Source: Candidatus Latescibacterota bacterium
GTDB lineage: Bacteria; Latescibacterota; UBA2968; UBA8231
Reading direction: 5' to 3'
DNA length: 64,000 nt
NCBI GenBank assembly: GCA_965203175.1
Contig: OZ241867.1
Coordinates: forward strand, 288,001 to 352,000
The notes under the pieces are model-generated. The model was given only the letters and a program-made list of their open reading frames with translations. It was not told the origin of the DNA and did not search any database. A program made the translations under genes and the position numbers. Of the stretch, positions 32,176-42,734 are shown one piece after another; within the stretch, counting starts at the first letter, position 1; each line of letters starts with the position of its first letter.

Positions 32176-33267
32176 GTCTGTCCCTCGGTCAAATAAGCCC
32201 GGATAAATCGGTCAATGTCTCCATCCATTACCGCTTGGACATTGGCCGTTTCGCAAGCGGTGCGATGGTCTTTGACTACGGTGTATGGATGGAACACGTA
32301 GGAGCGGATCTGCGACCCGAAGTCAATGCTCTTCTTGGTGCTCTCCACCGCGAGTTGCTTCTGTTTCTGCTCGTCCTTGAGGTGCTGATACAGGCGCGCC
32401 TTCAGCACCTTAAATGCAGTGGCTTTGTTCTTGAACTGCGAGCGCTCGTTTTGGCATTGAACGACAATTCCGGTGGGCAGATGCGTGACCCGCACGGCCG
32501 AGGCGGTCTTGTTCACGTGTTGGCCGCCCGCGCCCCCAGAGCGGTAGGTTTCGACCTTCACGTCCTCGTCGTTGAGGTCCACCTCGATATCGTCTTCAAC
32601 TTCTGGATAGACAAAGACCGAAGCAAACGAAGTGTGGCGGCGGCGGCTCGTATCAAAAGGCGAAAGCCGCACCAAGCGATGGACTCCGGCTTCGGCTTTG
32701 AGGTAGCCGTACGCGTAATCCCCCCTAACCTCAATGGTTGCGCCTTTGATGCCGGCTTCCTCAGCTTGCTGCAGATCCACAACCGCGCATTCCATGCCGT
32801 GGCGCTCGCTCCAGCGCGTGTACAGGCGCATCAACATCGACGCCCATTCGGCTGCGTCCGTGCCCCCTGCCCCCGAGTGAATGACGAGGATGGCGTTTTG
32901 GGAGTCGTCCTCGTCGTTGAGCATCGTGCGAAACTCCAATTCGCCAATGCCCTGCATGGCGTGCTCGACCTCGGTCTCGACTTCGGTCAGCGCTTCTGCA
33001 TCGCCCTCTTCGACCGCCATCTGCCACAGTTGGTCCAAGTCTTCTAACTGCGCGTCCAAGGTCTCCCAATCCGCGATGGTGTCCTTGAGGATGCGCGCCG
33101 CCTTGCCGACGGATTCGGCCTGCCGCCGATCGCTCCAAAAGTCCGCGGCCGCCATGCGCTTTTCTAATGCAGCTAGCTCTTCCTTCTTGCCGCTTATGTC
33201 AAAGATACCCTCGTAGCCGCTCTAGCTGCTGCCGCCCGAGTGTCAACTGTTCCTCAATCGTGGCCAT
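32172..33267 (-). CDS. prfB: Peptide chain release factor 2 (programmed +1 frameshift)
   Basis: 22-codon first ORF MATIEE...RGYL from ATG 33267, then main frame with SPF and GGQ motifs. Confidence 0.96.
33198..33211 (-). promoter_or_regulatory. RF2 autoregulatory +1 frameshift site
   Basis: Minus strand AGGGTATCTTTGAC: internal SD plus CTT TGA C. Confidence 0.95.
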
Positions 33268-33781
33268 TGTCGTCTTCCTTGGTTTCGTTGTAGCGATCAA
33301 AAAGGAGGCTTTCGTGCTTGCGTTCAGAGGGGATTTCAAAGAGCAGCTGCCCTTCGTAAACCTCGCCCTTGGTCCCCTGGAGCTCGTTGGTGTGCGCAAT
33401 GAAAAACGGCGATCGCGACAGCGGGTAATAGCGCCGTCCGTGGTCGTCAACGAGTTGAAAACACCTCGGTACAATCGCCCACGCGAGCTGCAAATTCACC
33501 TGCAAACGCACATCGATGAGCACGAACTTGTGGCCCTCATCGGGTGGACCGTGAAAAAAGTGCATGTAGCGCACCCCATCTGGGGGCACCGTCAGGGCAA
33601 CTTGGTTGTTGATGTTGGCGAACAGGTTAGTCAGGTTTTCCAGTTTGTCCGCTGATCCGCCCGTCAAGCTCACCCCAATGTAGATCGGCACGAAGAGGGT
33701 CACGCCGCCCAAGACGAAGCGATTGAGCAGCCGCAGACGTTTGTTGAGCTGTTTCTTGCGCTCGTTTGCTTTGATTACCAT
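33254..33781 (-). CDS. Hypothetical membrane-anchored protein, DUF4352-like
   Basis: One N-terminal TM; P.EGHKFVLIDV, FQLVDDHGRRY, GQLLFEIP pattern. Confidence 0.55.
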   Translation of the reverse strand: MVIKANERKKQLNKRLRLLNRFVLGGVTLFVPIYIGVSLTGGSADKLENLTNLFANINNQVALTVPPDGVRYMHFFHGPPDEGHKFVLIDVRLQVNLQLAWAIVPRCFQLVDDHGRRYYPLSRSPFFIAHTNELQGTKGEVYEGQLLFEIPSERKHESLLFDRYNETKEDDNGHD

Positions 33782-33788
33782 GGCTTCC

Positions 33789-35459
33789 TCAAGGGGCGCG
33801 CACAAGGGCAATTTTGCCCAAATGGCTGCGATTAGGCGACCGCAGTTGATAGAAGTAGACCCCGTTGGCCACGGCCCGGCCCGGCGTCCAACGCGGGGCG
33901 CGACCTGGCTGGTCGTGGCTCCCCGGCCACAGATCCCAACGCTCGGCGAACACCAACCGACCAGCTACGTCAAAAACGTTCAACTCGACGAGGCCACGCT
34001 CGGCTAGCTGCACCGGAAAATGCACTACCCCGTCCCGTGCCGGATTGGGAAAGGGTGCCAACAGGCGGTCCTCCTGCGGCGGCACCTCGTCGAGGCCACT
34101 GGCCGCCAGCGCGTTTATCTGCCCCCAGCCATAGACCGTGTCGGGACCGGCGGCCCCCAAGTCCAATGCAGTCGAGCGCAAAGCCTCCAGCACTTGGTCC
34201 GGCCTCCATTCGGGATTTTTTTGCAACAACAGGGCGCAAACCCCGCTCACCAGAGGAGCCGCAAAGGAAGTGCCGCCCCTGCGCACATAGCCGCCGCGTC
34301 GTAGGTCCGCGACTACTACGCCGCTACCGGGCGCGACCACATCCGGCTTGATGCGGCCATCAGCCGTCGGCCCGCGCGAGCTAAAGGAGGCAATCTGCGG
34401 CACGCGCTCGCCACTGCCGGGCACATCTACCGCCCCCACCGCAATCGCGCCATCGGCGTCCGCCGGCATCGTTATGTAGTGCCAATCCCTATTGGCCTCA
34501 TTGCCTGCGGACACCACCACGACGATGCCACGCCGCACGGCCAGCGCCGCCGCCACGCTCGTCAGCGCGGTTTCCCCGTCCAGATCCGCTGGCGAGTAGC
34601 CCGTGCCGTCGTCCCACCGATTGTAGCCCAACGAACTGTTGACCACCTGTGCCCCCAAGCTGTCCGCCCATTCCAAGCCGGCGACCCAGCGATCCTCCTC
34701 CGAGGGCATTTCGGGCATGTTATCGTCTAGTTCGGTCTTGGCCAAGATGTACTCGGCGTCGGGTGCCACGCCGATAAAGTGATCGGGGTGATAACCTGCT
34801 AGCAGGGAAAGCACTTGCGCGCCGTGCAAGTTTTGGGTGCTGCTCATTTCATCGCCCGTGATGGGTTGATCGGCCTCGTCGGTGACGACCTCGTCGTCAT
34901 TGACAAAGTCGCGCTGGGCCACCACGCGAATGGAGTCGAAGGCTGCGTGTTCGGCGTAGTGGAAACCATTATCGAGCAAGGCCACCCGCACTCCAGCACC
35001 CGTAAGACCTTGGTCGTGTAGGGGAGGAACGGCGATTTGGGCCAACGGCTCCAAGGCGAGACCATAACGGCTTTGCAGCAACTTGGGACTGGCAAGTGGC
35101 ACCAGCGGCAGTGGACGGGGTCGCTGCAAGCGCTGCACAGGCCGAGTTTCGACGACAAAGTCCACAGCCTGCACTCGGCGCTGCACCTCGGGCGAGACTC
35201 GCGCGCTGACCGCATTGAGCCAACGCGAGGAGAAGCGCACCACCACCCCCATCTTTCGCAGGCGCTCGATATAGAGTTGGTTGATGGGCATATCCAACTC
35301 TGCGTCCGAATGACCGGCCCCCAAATCCACCCAAGCAACGCGCTGTCCCTCGGCGTCCATTTTGTCGCTCAACAGAATCCAGATATTCTGATCCGCCGCG
35401 ACCGTCAAGGCCCCCGCGTGCACTAGCAAGGCCGCGCACCACCACACCCTCTTATTCAA
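33789..35459 (-). CDS. Secreted S8 (subtilisin-like) serine peptidase with C-terminal sorting-type domain
   Basis: Catalytic D (LLDNGF), H (LHGAQV), S (GTSFAAP); tail PFPNP...VFDVAGRLV...NGVYFYQL. Confidence 0.9.
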   Translation of the reverse strand: MNKRVWWCAALLVHAGALTVAADQNIWILLSDKMDAEGQRVAWVDLGAGHSDAELDMPINQLYIERLRKMGVVVRFSSRWLNAVSARVSPEVQRRVQAVDFVVETRPVQRLQRPRPLPLVPLASPKLLQSRYGLALEPLAQIAVPPLHDQGLTGAGVRVALLDNGFHYAEHAAFDSIRVVAQRDFVNDDEVVTDEADQPITGDEMSSTQNLHGAQVLSLLAGYHPDHFIGVAPDAEYILAKTELDDNMPEMPSEEDRWVAGLEWADSLGAQVVNSSLGYNRWDDGTGYSPADLDGETALTSVAAALAVRRGIVVVVSAGNEANRDWHYITMPADADGAIAVGAVDVPGSGERVPQIASFSSRGPTADGRIKPDVVAPGSGVVVADLRRGGYVRRGGTSFAAPLVSGVCALLLQKNPEWRPDQVLEALRSTALDLGAAGPDTVYGWGQINALAASGLDEVPPQEDRLLAPFPNPARDGVVHFPVQLAERGLVELNVFDVAGRLVFAERWDLWPGSHDQPGRAPRWTPGRAVANGVYFYQLRSPNRSHLGKIALVRAP

Positions 35460-36096
35460 CAGGAGGTTCCCTCGTGTCTAGTACCTCCACCCCTTCGGGC
35501 ACCTGAAAAGAAAAAACCTCGTCGGCTATTTTCTTATTGGTGCGGTGATCCCTGAGCACGTACGCGGTGCGATTGCCATTGGCCTCGCGCTGTTCTACTT
35601 GCAGGAGAAACCACTTCTTGGGATCCACCCAGATCCGCATCTGTTCGATCACAGAGGCTTTGTTTTCTGGTTCCATGATCAACAAATAGCAGGGCCGCCC
35701 CCGCAACGAGCTTTCCTCCACCGCAATGGGCACATAGCGTTCGGTATAGTCGAAAAACACTTCCCAAGGAGTCTTTATTTCCGCTTCGTAGGGACTGATC
35801 ACCACTTGGCCGTTGTGCACGACATACGACCAGACGGCCTCGCCATTGGCCATCACCACATCGCCCCCTTCCAACTCGATGCGAAAGCGATTCGGGCGGC
35901 GCAAATAAATCCGGCCTTCGCGGCTGCGGTACTTGTCCAGCACCGCCCAGTAGAATTGCTTTTCAAAGCGGGCTTCAAACGTCTTGTAACTAGAAAGACG
36001 CTTCTGCACCATAGCAATGATCTGGTCGCCGCTCTGCCCGAGGGCCGCGCTCGTCACTAAGCCCACAGAAAGACTAGCCCACAACCACAGTCTCAT
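35452..36096 (-). CDS. lolA: Outer membrane lipoprotein carrier LolA
   Basis: Signal peptide, FEARFEK, RPNRFRIE, NGEAVW, FSFQVPEGVEVLD; follows ftsK. Confidence 0.88.
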   Translation of the reverse strand: MRLWLWASLSVGLVTSAALGQSGDQIIAMVQKRLSSYKTFEARFEKQFYWAVLDKYRSREGRIYLRRPNRFRIELEGGDVVMANGEAVWSYVVHNGQVVISPYEAEIKTPWEVFFDYTERYVPIAVEESSLRGRPCYLLIMEPENKASVIEQMRIWVDPKKWFLLQVEQREANGNRTAYVLRDHRTNKKIADEVFSFQVPEGVEVLDTREPPVE

Positions 36097-38402
36097 TCTT
36101 CAGCGTACTCCTCTTCCGCGCTTTCGATGAGAATCTCGCGCGGCTTCGCTCCGACGATCGGCCCGACGATACCGGCGGCCTCTAGCTCGTCCATCAAACG
36201 CCCGGCGCGGGAATAACCAACTTTCAAGCGCCGCTGCAAAAACGACGTGGAAGCCTGCCGGTGTTCGGCAACTAAGCGCACGGCGTCGTCAAAGAGGTCG
36301 TCGCGCGCATCGGAAACCGCGTTAATATCCGGCTGCTCGGAAAACACCGCAACTTCCTCGGCCTCGTACTGGCTCTCTTTCAATGCTTCTACCAAGCGCT
36401 CGGTTTCCTCACCAGAAATAAAGGCCCCGTGGACGCGGATTGGCTCGCCTTGGCCGCTCGGCAGAAAGAGCATATCGCCCATCCCCAAGAGCCGCTCGGC
36501 CCCATTGAGATCGAGGATCGTGCGCGAGTCCGTCTTCGACGCCACTTGGAAAGCAATGCGCGAAGGGAAATTGGCCTTGATTACCCCGGTAATCACGTTC
36601 ACCGAAGGCCGCTGGGTCGCCAAGATAATGTGAATACCCACCGCGCGCGATTTCTGCGCCAAGCTCATCAGCGAGGTCTCCACATCGGCGGGAGCCGTCA
36701 GCATCAAATCGGCAAATTCGTCGATTACTATCACGAGGTACGCCAGCGGCTTCTCGGGCTCGACACCCTCTTCCTCGGCCTCGGCCTGGCTGCGCGCCAG
36801 CTTGGCGTTGTAGTCGGACAGATTGCGCACTCCCAGCTTGGCGAGCCTCTGGTAGCGAGATTCCATTTCGGCCACGGCCCACTTCAATGCTTCCGCGGCC
36901 TTCTTCGGTTCGGTGATAACCGGTACCAACAAGTGCGGGATATCGTTGTACATCATCAACTCGACGACCTTGGGATCGATCATGATAAAGCGCACCTCGT
37001 CCGGCGTGGCCTTGAAGAGGATGCTGCAAATTAGGCTGTTCAGGCACACGCTCTTGCCGGCCCCAGTGGCACCGGCGACCAATAGATGGGGCATTTTGGC
37101 CAAATCCGCGGCACACGGCTCGCCCGAAATCGTCTTACCTAGTCCCATGACCAGCTTGGAATCCGACTGGCTGAACACTTCGTCTTCGAGGATTTCGCGC
37201 AAGTACACAGTCTCCCGCTCCTGATTGGCAATCTCCACCCCCACCACGGATTTGCCCGGCACTGGAGCTTGAATGCGAATGCCCTTCGCGCTCATCACGC
37301 GTGCGAGATCGTCCGAGAGCGCGGCAATGCGATTGACCTTGACCCCTGGGGCCGGCTCCACCTCGTAGCGCGTCACCACTGGCCCGGGACTCACCTCCAC
37401 GACCTGACAGGCCACGTCGAAATTGCCCAGCGCATTCTCCAGCATCTTGGCGTTTTCCAGCAAGGCCTCCTTAGAGACGTCGCTGTGGCTAGCTGGCACT
37501 TCGTCTAGCAACTGGGTGCTCGGGATTTCGTAGCGACCACCACTGGCTGGCTTGCGGGCTGGCTCTGCCTTCGCTTGTTGGTATACCGACTCTGGTACAG
37601 CTACATCTTCAACCGCTGGTTCCTTCTTCTTTTTGCGCTCGCGCCGCTCAACTCGCGCTGGCTCCTGCACCCGAGGCTCCACTGCAGCAACCTCTTCAAC
37701 CATTGGCTTCCAAGGGGCCGCATCCTCGACTCGAGGCTCCGCGCCAATCTCGGGTCGCATTTTTCGCACCATGGCGGTTTGATCCCGTTCCCATTTTGCG
37801 GATTTGCTCTTGTGCCTAGCAGGGAGCAGTCTCCGCAGACACCCAAGCCACCGCCAGACCGCCGCCAAACCGGACCCCAGCCACACCAACATCCGCCAGT
37901 TCAGACCGGGGGTCAAAATCACCGCCACCGCAAACAGCGCACACAGCAACACGGCCGACCCCATCCTCCCTAGGTACGGTATGAGAAATTCCAAACTAAT
38001 CTGGGTCCCCAACACACCGCCCAGCTCGTAGGCTTTTTGCGGAGAATACCCGGGCAGGCCCGTCGCGACGCAGATGAGGACGGCCATGAGCAAAAGACCC
38101 ATACTGCGATGCACAGCAGAAGCCATCGGCTCGCAACGCACCCTATTCCAACCCCAGAGCAACAACAGCATGGGCCAGACGTACGCGGCCCGTCCCATGC
38201 CCGCAAAGGCCCCATACGAGACATACGCGCCGATTCCTCCCCCCCAATTCAAACTCTCAGCCACCGACCGGCTCGAATTGGGAGGATCGAGCGGTGAATG
38301 GGACATCAAGCAGATGAGTAAAAACGCACAGAGGCCAATGAGGAGCACACCTAAAACTTGGGGCTTTTTCTCGCCTTTGGGCGGGTGCGAAAACTCGGAC
38401 AT
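36093..38402 (-). CDS. ftsK: DNA translocase FtsK
   Basis: N-terminal TMs, PHLLVAGATGAGKS, IDEFADLM, ATQRPS, gamma domain LQRRLKVGYSRAGR. Confidence 0.97.
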   Translation of the reverse strand: MSEFSHPPKGEKKPQVLGVLLIGLCAFLLICLMSHSPLDPPNSSRSVAESLNWGGGIGAYVSYGAFAGMGRAAYVWPMLLLLWGWNRVRCEPMASAVHRSMGLLLMAVLICVATGLPGYSPQKAYELGGVLGTQISLEFLIPYLGRMGSAVLLCALFAVAVILTPGLNWRMLVWLGSGLAAVWRWLGCLRRLLPARHKSKSAKWERDQTAMVRKMRPEIGAEPRVEDAAPWKPMVEEVAAVEPRVQEPARVERRERKKKKEPAVEDVAVPESVYQQAKAEPARKPASGGRYEIPSTQLLDEVPASHSDVSKEALLENAKMLENALGNFDVACQVVEVSPGPVVTRYEVEPAPGVKVNRIAALSDDLARVMSAKGIRIQAPVPGKSVVGVEIANQERETVYLREILEDEVFSQSDSKLVMGLGKTISGEPCAADLAKMPHLLVAGATGAGKSVCLNSLICSILFKATPDEVRFIMIDPKVVELMMYNDIPHLLVPVITEPKKAAEALKWAVAEMESRYQRLAKLGVRNLSDYNAKLARSQAEAEEEGVEPEKPLAYLVIVIDEFADLMLTAPADVETSLMSLAQKSRAVGIHIILATQRPSVNVITGVIKANFPSRIAFQVASKTDSRTILDLNGAERLLGMGDMLFLPSGQGEPIRVHGAFISGEETERLVEALKESQYEAEEVAVFSEQPDINAVSDARDDLFDDAVRLVAEHRQASTSFLQRRLKVGYSRAGRLMDELEAAGIVGPIVGAKPREILIESAEEEYAEE

Positions 38403-38504
38403 AGAGCACGGACTCCGCTAGTAATAGGTTGGAAAGCAATCAGATTTGGGGAGGGGGGTACTAAAAAATAAACAAAAACGCGGCTTTTTGCATCTTGTGG
38501 TGCA

Positions 38505-40646
38505 TCAGATCATGCCGCTGCGCTTGCGCCCAAACCACTCGGCAGCCAACAGGGCAACAGCCAAAAGTGCGGGCCACAGCGGCCCCCATAGCGGCAAGAC
38601 CTCAGCCTCTTCGACCCACCGCTTGCGCGGCGCGAGCTGTTCCAGCATGTCCTCCCAGTCGCCGAGCGAATAGGCGCGTCCTCCACTGGCTCGGGCCAAC
38701 TCGCCCAAAAGCAACGGGTCGGCGTGCAAATCCCCGAGCTCAATGCTGTACTCTTCGACGACAAAGCGACCCGCAACCGCACCCACTACGGTTTGGTCAA
38801 CTGTGGCCCGGATCTCATATTTATACGTGCCGGGTGCCAGCCCACTAGCGACACCTCGGTAGTGCCCGGCTCCTTGCGATTGCAGGTCGAACGCTTCCTG
38901 CCCCGCCAGCGCAACCTGCACGCTTGCTCCCGGCTGCGGCCTCAGCAACTCGTCGAAGACCTGCACCGCGAAAACCACTTCCTCACCCGCCCGGTACACG
39001 GGCCGCTCGGTCGAAGCGCGAACCCGTCCGCCCGGAGCGTCGAGCGCGAGCCACTTGGCGGCGTCGCACCAGAACGTCCTAATGGTCTGCGGCTGGCCAT
39101 CGACTCCACTGCTCATCAGATCGAGCCGCCAAAAGGACGCGGATAGAGCAGCAATGACCTTGCCCTTGCCATACGCACCCGCAGCGATGACCGGCTCGCC
39201 GCCTACACTTTCAACTAGCACAGTGGTACCTGGCCGCTGCTGCGCCGTGCGAAAGTAACCCGGCAGCGGCGGCAACCTAAGCCACGGATCGTCCACACCT
39301 GCGGGCTGGCGCACGACCGGATGGTGCCGACCGGCCGGACTGAGCCGCAATAAAATTTCGCCCGGCACAAAAGGCACAGGACCGGCCACTTGAAGCGGCA
39401 TGAGCGCGACCAGTGGCGAGTCGGGCTGCCAAGCCCGCGCCATCTTGGGGCCACCGACGATGAGCAAACCCGCGCCGGCATACACGTGCTGAACTAACGC
39501 GGAGGCGGGCGAGCTATTGAGCAGCCACGCACCCGGATTTACCAGCAGTACCACGTCCCGGTCTTGCAAAACAGCCGGACTCCACGCGCCTCCGTAAAAT
39601 GCGTCTGGCTCCCGCTGAATCAAGGCCTCGACGACCCAACTCGAATCCGCGCTTAAACTGCGGCGCAAAAAGGCCAAATCCTCGCTAGGGCCTCCGGCCA
39701 GCAGCAGCACCCGCGGGCGCCCTGCGAGAATCCGAGTAAACGCGAGGGCCTCGTTGTCGGCTGTCGCGAATTCCCCTGCCGCAGGATCGACGACCACGCG
39801 AAAAATGCGCGGCCCAGCCTGCTGGGGCGTCACTGCAAACGAGACGCGCTGCACCTGTCCGTCGCCCTCCAACAGCAGGGATTGTCGCTGGAGCGACTGG
39901 TCGCCCTCGTAAAGCCGGACTTCCACGCGCTTTCCCTCGTATCCCCAGCTCCGCACCTCGGCGTCGATTTGCTGACGCTGACCCACGTACCCAGTCTCGG
40001 TCGTGCGAACGTCCACGAGTTGGACATCGACGGGCACCTCTGCGCCCCCTACGCCGAGCGCATATACAGGCACGTCCAGTTCCGCGCTCAGGCGCACCGG
40101 GTCGCGGCCCAAGTTGTGGCCTCCGTCGGAAAATAAGACCACGCCTTGCACGCGCTCCCGCTCGGCGACTGCCTCCAAGCTAGTCGCGAGTGCGCGGCCT
40201 ATATCGGTCGCCTGACCGCGAGTGCTTGCGACCGCGACCGTATCGAGTGCAAGCGGATATGCAGACTCGGCAAATCCCCAAGCGCGGACTTCAGCCTGCT
40301 GCAGGCGCACCGACCAACCTTCGTCGCTCAGCACGGCCACAGCCTGCTGTAAGCGCGTGACCGGCCCCTCGGTCACCCTCATGCTCGGGCTCGTATCGAC
40401 CAATACTAGCACCAGCGGCCGGATGACCTGCTGGTGCCACCACGTCAAAACCGGCTCGCACAACACCATAGCCAGCAAGGCCACGGCCGCGCCGCGCAAC
40501 ACCACGAGCACCATGCGGCGCTTGGGATCAACCTGCGGATACGTCCGCTGATATACCCAATAAACGAATGCGATTAGAAAGGGCAGCAGGACGAGGAATA
40601 CGCGGTGTCCCGCTAGCTGGAGATGGCTATCGGACCACTCAGACAC
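38505..40646 (-). CDS. Membrane-anchored vWA-domain protein with Ig-like and GATase-like domains
   Basis: Two N-terminal TMs, MIDAS DTSPS and SDG, LGELARASGG, C-terminal TM ending EWFGRKRSG. Confidence 0.75.
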   Translation of the reverse strand: MSEWSDSHLQLAGHRVFLVLLPFLIAFVYWVYQRTYPQVDPKRRMVLVVLRGAAVALLAMVLCEPVLTWWHQQVIRPLVLVLVDTSPSMRVTEGPVTRLQQAVAVLSDEGWSVRLQQAEVRAWGFAESAYPLALDTVAVASTRGQATDIGRALATSLEAVAERERVQGVVLFSDGGHNLGRDPVRLSAELDVPVYALGVGGAEVPVDVQLVDVRTTETGYVGQRQQIDAEVRSWGYEGKRVEVRLYEGDQSLQRQSLLLEGDGQVQRVSFAVTPQQAGPRIFRVVVDPAAGEFATADNEALAFTRILAGRPRVLLLAGGPSEDLAFLRRSLSADSSWVVEALIQREPDAFYGGAWSPAVLQDRDVVLLVNPGAWLLNSSPASALVQHVYAGAGLLIVGGPKMARAWQPDSPLVALMPLQVAGPVPFVPGEILLRLSPAGRHHPVVRQPAGVDDPWLRLPPLPGYFRTAQQRPGTTVLVESVGGEPVIAAGAYGKGKVIAALSASFWRLDLMSSGVDGQPQTIRTFWCDAAKWLALDAPGGRVRASTERPVYRAGEEVVFAVQVFDELLRPQPGASVQVALAGQEAFDLQSQGAGHYRGVASGLAPGTYKYEIRATVDQTVVGAVAGRFVVEEYSIELGDLHADPLLLGELARASGGRAYSLGDWEDMLEQLAPRKRWVEEAEVLPLWGPLWPALLAVALLAAEWFGRKRSGMI

Positions 40647-41649
40647 GCCAGCTCAGGCGGGGAGCAGCGTCCACAGCGAGACTGTCGCAGACGCCACGGT
40701 TGAGGTAGAAGGCCCCAACAGCCCCCACCATAGCGGCATTATCGGTACACAAATCGTACGCCGGACAATGGAATGACAGACCTCGGCCCTCGACCGCGGC
40801 GCGCAGACGTTGGCGCAGGCGCTGGTTGGCAGCAACGCCGCCCGCGAGGCATACGGTCGCAACGTCTGCTCGATCCAAGGCCAACAGGGTCTTGGCGACT
40901 AAGGCATCCACCACGGCTTCTTGGAAACTGGCGGCAATATGGGCGAGTTGCTGCGTGAGCGCTTGCGGGGAAAGCGAGCGCACGTAGTGCAACACCGAGG
41001 TTTTGAGACCGCTAAAGCTAAAGTCTATCTCGCCCTCGAGGGCGCGGGGGAAGTCAATGGCCTCGGGATCGCCGTCCGCAGCCAGCTCAGCGATGAGCCG
41101 GCCACCGGCCACGGCCCCCTCCCCAGGTAGGAGGTCCAGCAGTTTGGCGACCTTATCAAATGCCTCACCGGCTGCGTCGTCGCGCGTGCGGCCCAGCACC
41201 TCGTATGAGCCGAGTTCGCGCACCAAGATCAACTCGGTGTGCCCGCCCGACACCAGCAGTGTCAGGAAAGGGACCTCGACCTGCGCAGCGACCAAGTTGG
41301 AAAACACGTGGGCCTCTAGGTGGTGAACGCCGATCAGTGGCTTATTGCGCGCCAACGCCAACCCCTTGGCCAGCGACAGCCCCACAATCAACGACCCAAC
41401 CAATCCCGGGCCCCGCGTCGCTGCCACCCCATCCACTTCTTTCCATCCTATGCCCGCAGTCGCTAGGGCCTGCCGCACGACCGGCACCAACGTGCGCATA
41501 TGGGCGCGCGAGGCCAGCTCGGGCACCACGCCCCCGTATGGCGCGTGATCTTGTTGTGAGAAGATGATATTGGAGTGCACGGCGTACGACTCATCGACGA
41601 CCGCCGCGGCCGTCTCATCGCAGGAGGTCTCCAACCCCAATACCAACAT
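40639..41649 (-). CDS. tsaD: tRNA threonylcarbamoyltransferase TsaD
   Basis: LGLETSCDET, GGVVPELASRAH, HHLEAH, VSGGHT, DDAAGEAFDK, CTDNAAM. Confidence 0.98.
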   Translation of the reverse strand: MLVLGLETSCDETAAAVVDESYAVHSNIIFSQQDHAPYGGVVPELASRAHMRTLVPVVRQALATAGIGWKEVDGVAATRGPGLVGSLIVGLSLAKGLALARNKPLIGVHHLEAHVFSNLVAAQVEVPFLTLLVSGGHTELILVRELGSYEVLGRTRDDAAGEAFDKVAKLLDLLPGEGAVAGGRLIAELAADGDPEAIDFPRALEGEIDFSFSGLKTSVLHYVRSLSPQALTQQLAHIAASFQEAVVDALVAKTLLALDRADVATVCLAGGVAANQRLRQRLRAAVEGRGLSFHCPAYDLCTDNAAMVGAVGAFYLNRGVCDSLAVDAAPRLSWRV

Positions 41650-41650
41650 C

Positions 41651-42580
41651 CTAGTCGCTCACCAAATCGACGTATGCTGGCACGATCTGACGCACCTCAA
41701 AAATCGGCGTCTCCGCACTGTACACCGGCAGCGCACTCCCCTGATATTCGGCGTAATCCACGTATAGCTCGATGTCGCGAGTTGGGTCCAGCCCAGTGAT
41801 CACGCCAACCCCGCCGCGCACCTTGACTTGGGCGGTGGCTGGCTCGGGCCGCAGGCGCGCCTCGCCGAGGTGTAGCACGGTAATCGGTACCCCGATTACA
41901 TCGTCTTCGGCCAACATCTGCACGGCAGCGCGCACGCGCACGGTCCCGGGCACGAACGCAAGTTGCGTGCGCTCGGGATGCCGCAAGGACTGCTCTACGT
42001 CCACGTCTTCTGTAACATTCTGCAAAACCAGCGAATCCGTCTCCACATAACGCAATGCGGCAACCTGCTGCTGGGGGCCGATCACCCGGACGAACGCGGG
42101 GTCGGCTTGCAGCGGCGTCACCTGTACGTGGGCATCGGCTACCTCTAACTTCGCTTGCACCCGCACCGATACGTCCCGTTCCATCCTCGGCGCTAGCGCG
42201 ATTTCAATTTCTTTTGGTTCGAGGATTTCCTTGACTTCGACATCCAAGTCGGCCGCCCGTTTGGTGATTTGGGAAGGGGTCAGACGGTGGATCCGATTCC
42301 TACCTTCGGTTCGCAACCTCAGAATGAAAGAGTCGTCGTCCAAGTTAAACAGCAGGTCCTTGCCCCCTCCTGTGACTAAGACGCGAACCGTGGGAGGCAC
42401 TTCACTGGCCAGCACCACATCTCCTTCCGCGCCCTCGCCCGATGGAGGCACTTCGACCCGGAGGCGCACTGCAATTTCTTTATCGTAGTACTTCTCTGTA
42501 ACCGCGTGCAGCCACAGCGCAAAAGATAGGACCAGTGCTCCAGCCCAGATTCCCCAACTGCTTATACTGATGTTGGCCAA
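41651..42580 (-). CDS. YbbR/CdaR-like protein
   Basis: N-terminal TM (LSFALWLHAV) and three YbbR-like repeats (P.TVRVLVTG, P..VRVIGP, P.TAQVKVRG). Confidence 0.7.
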   Translation of the reverse strand: MANISISSWGIWAGALVLSFALWLHAVTEKYYDKEIAVRLRVEVPPSGEGAEGDVVLASEVPPTVRVLVTGGGKDLLFNLDDDSFILRLRTEGRNRIHRLTPSQITKRAADLDVEVKEILEPKEIEIALAPRMERDVSVRVQAKLEVADAHVQVTPLQADPAFVRVIGPQQQVAALRYVETDSLVLQNVTEDVDVEQSLRHPERTQLAFVPGTVRVRAAVQMLAEDDVIGVPITVLHLGEARLRPEPATAQVKVRGGVGVITGLDPTRDIELYVDYAEYQGSALPVYSAETPIFEVRQIVPAYVDLVSD

Positions 42581-42734
42581 CGATGGACCCCATAAAGAAA
42601 CTCTGGGGGACTGACGGCTTCAGCCGTTCAGGGGGATAGGAGCGGCCTGAACGACGGGGCCGTAGGCTCCCTGAGTGAAGGACGATTTTAGATAGTTTAT
42701 TGAAATTTACTTATTCCTTTTGTAAGTTATAAGT

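Noticed and set aside
33198-33267. Apparent break in prfB
   Set aside because: Canonical programmed +1 frameshift; well known and not a pseudogene.
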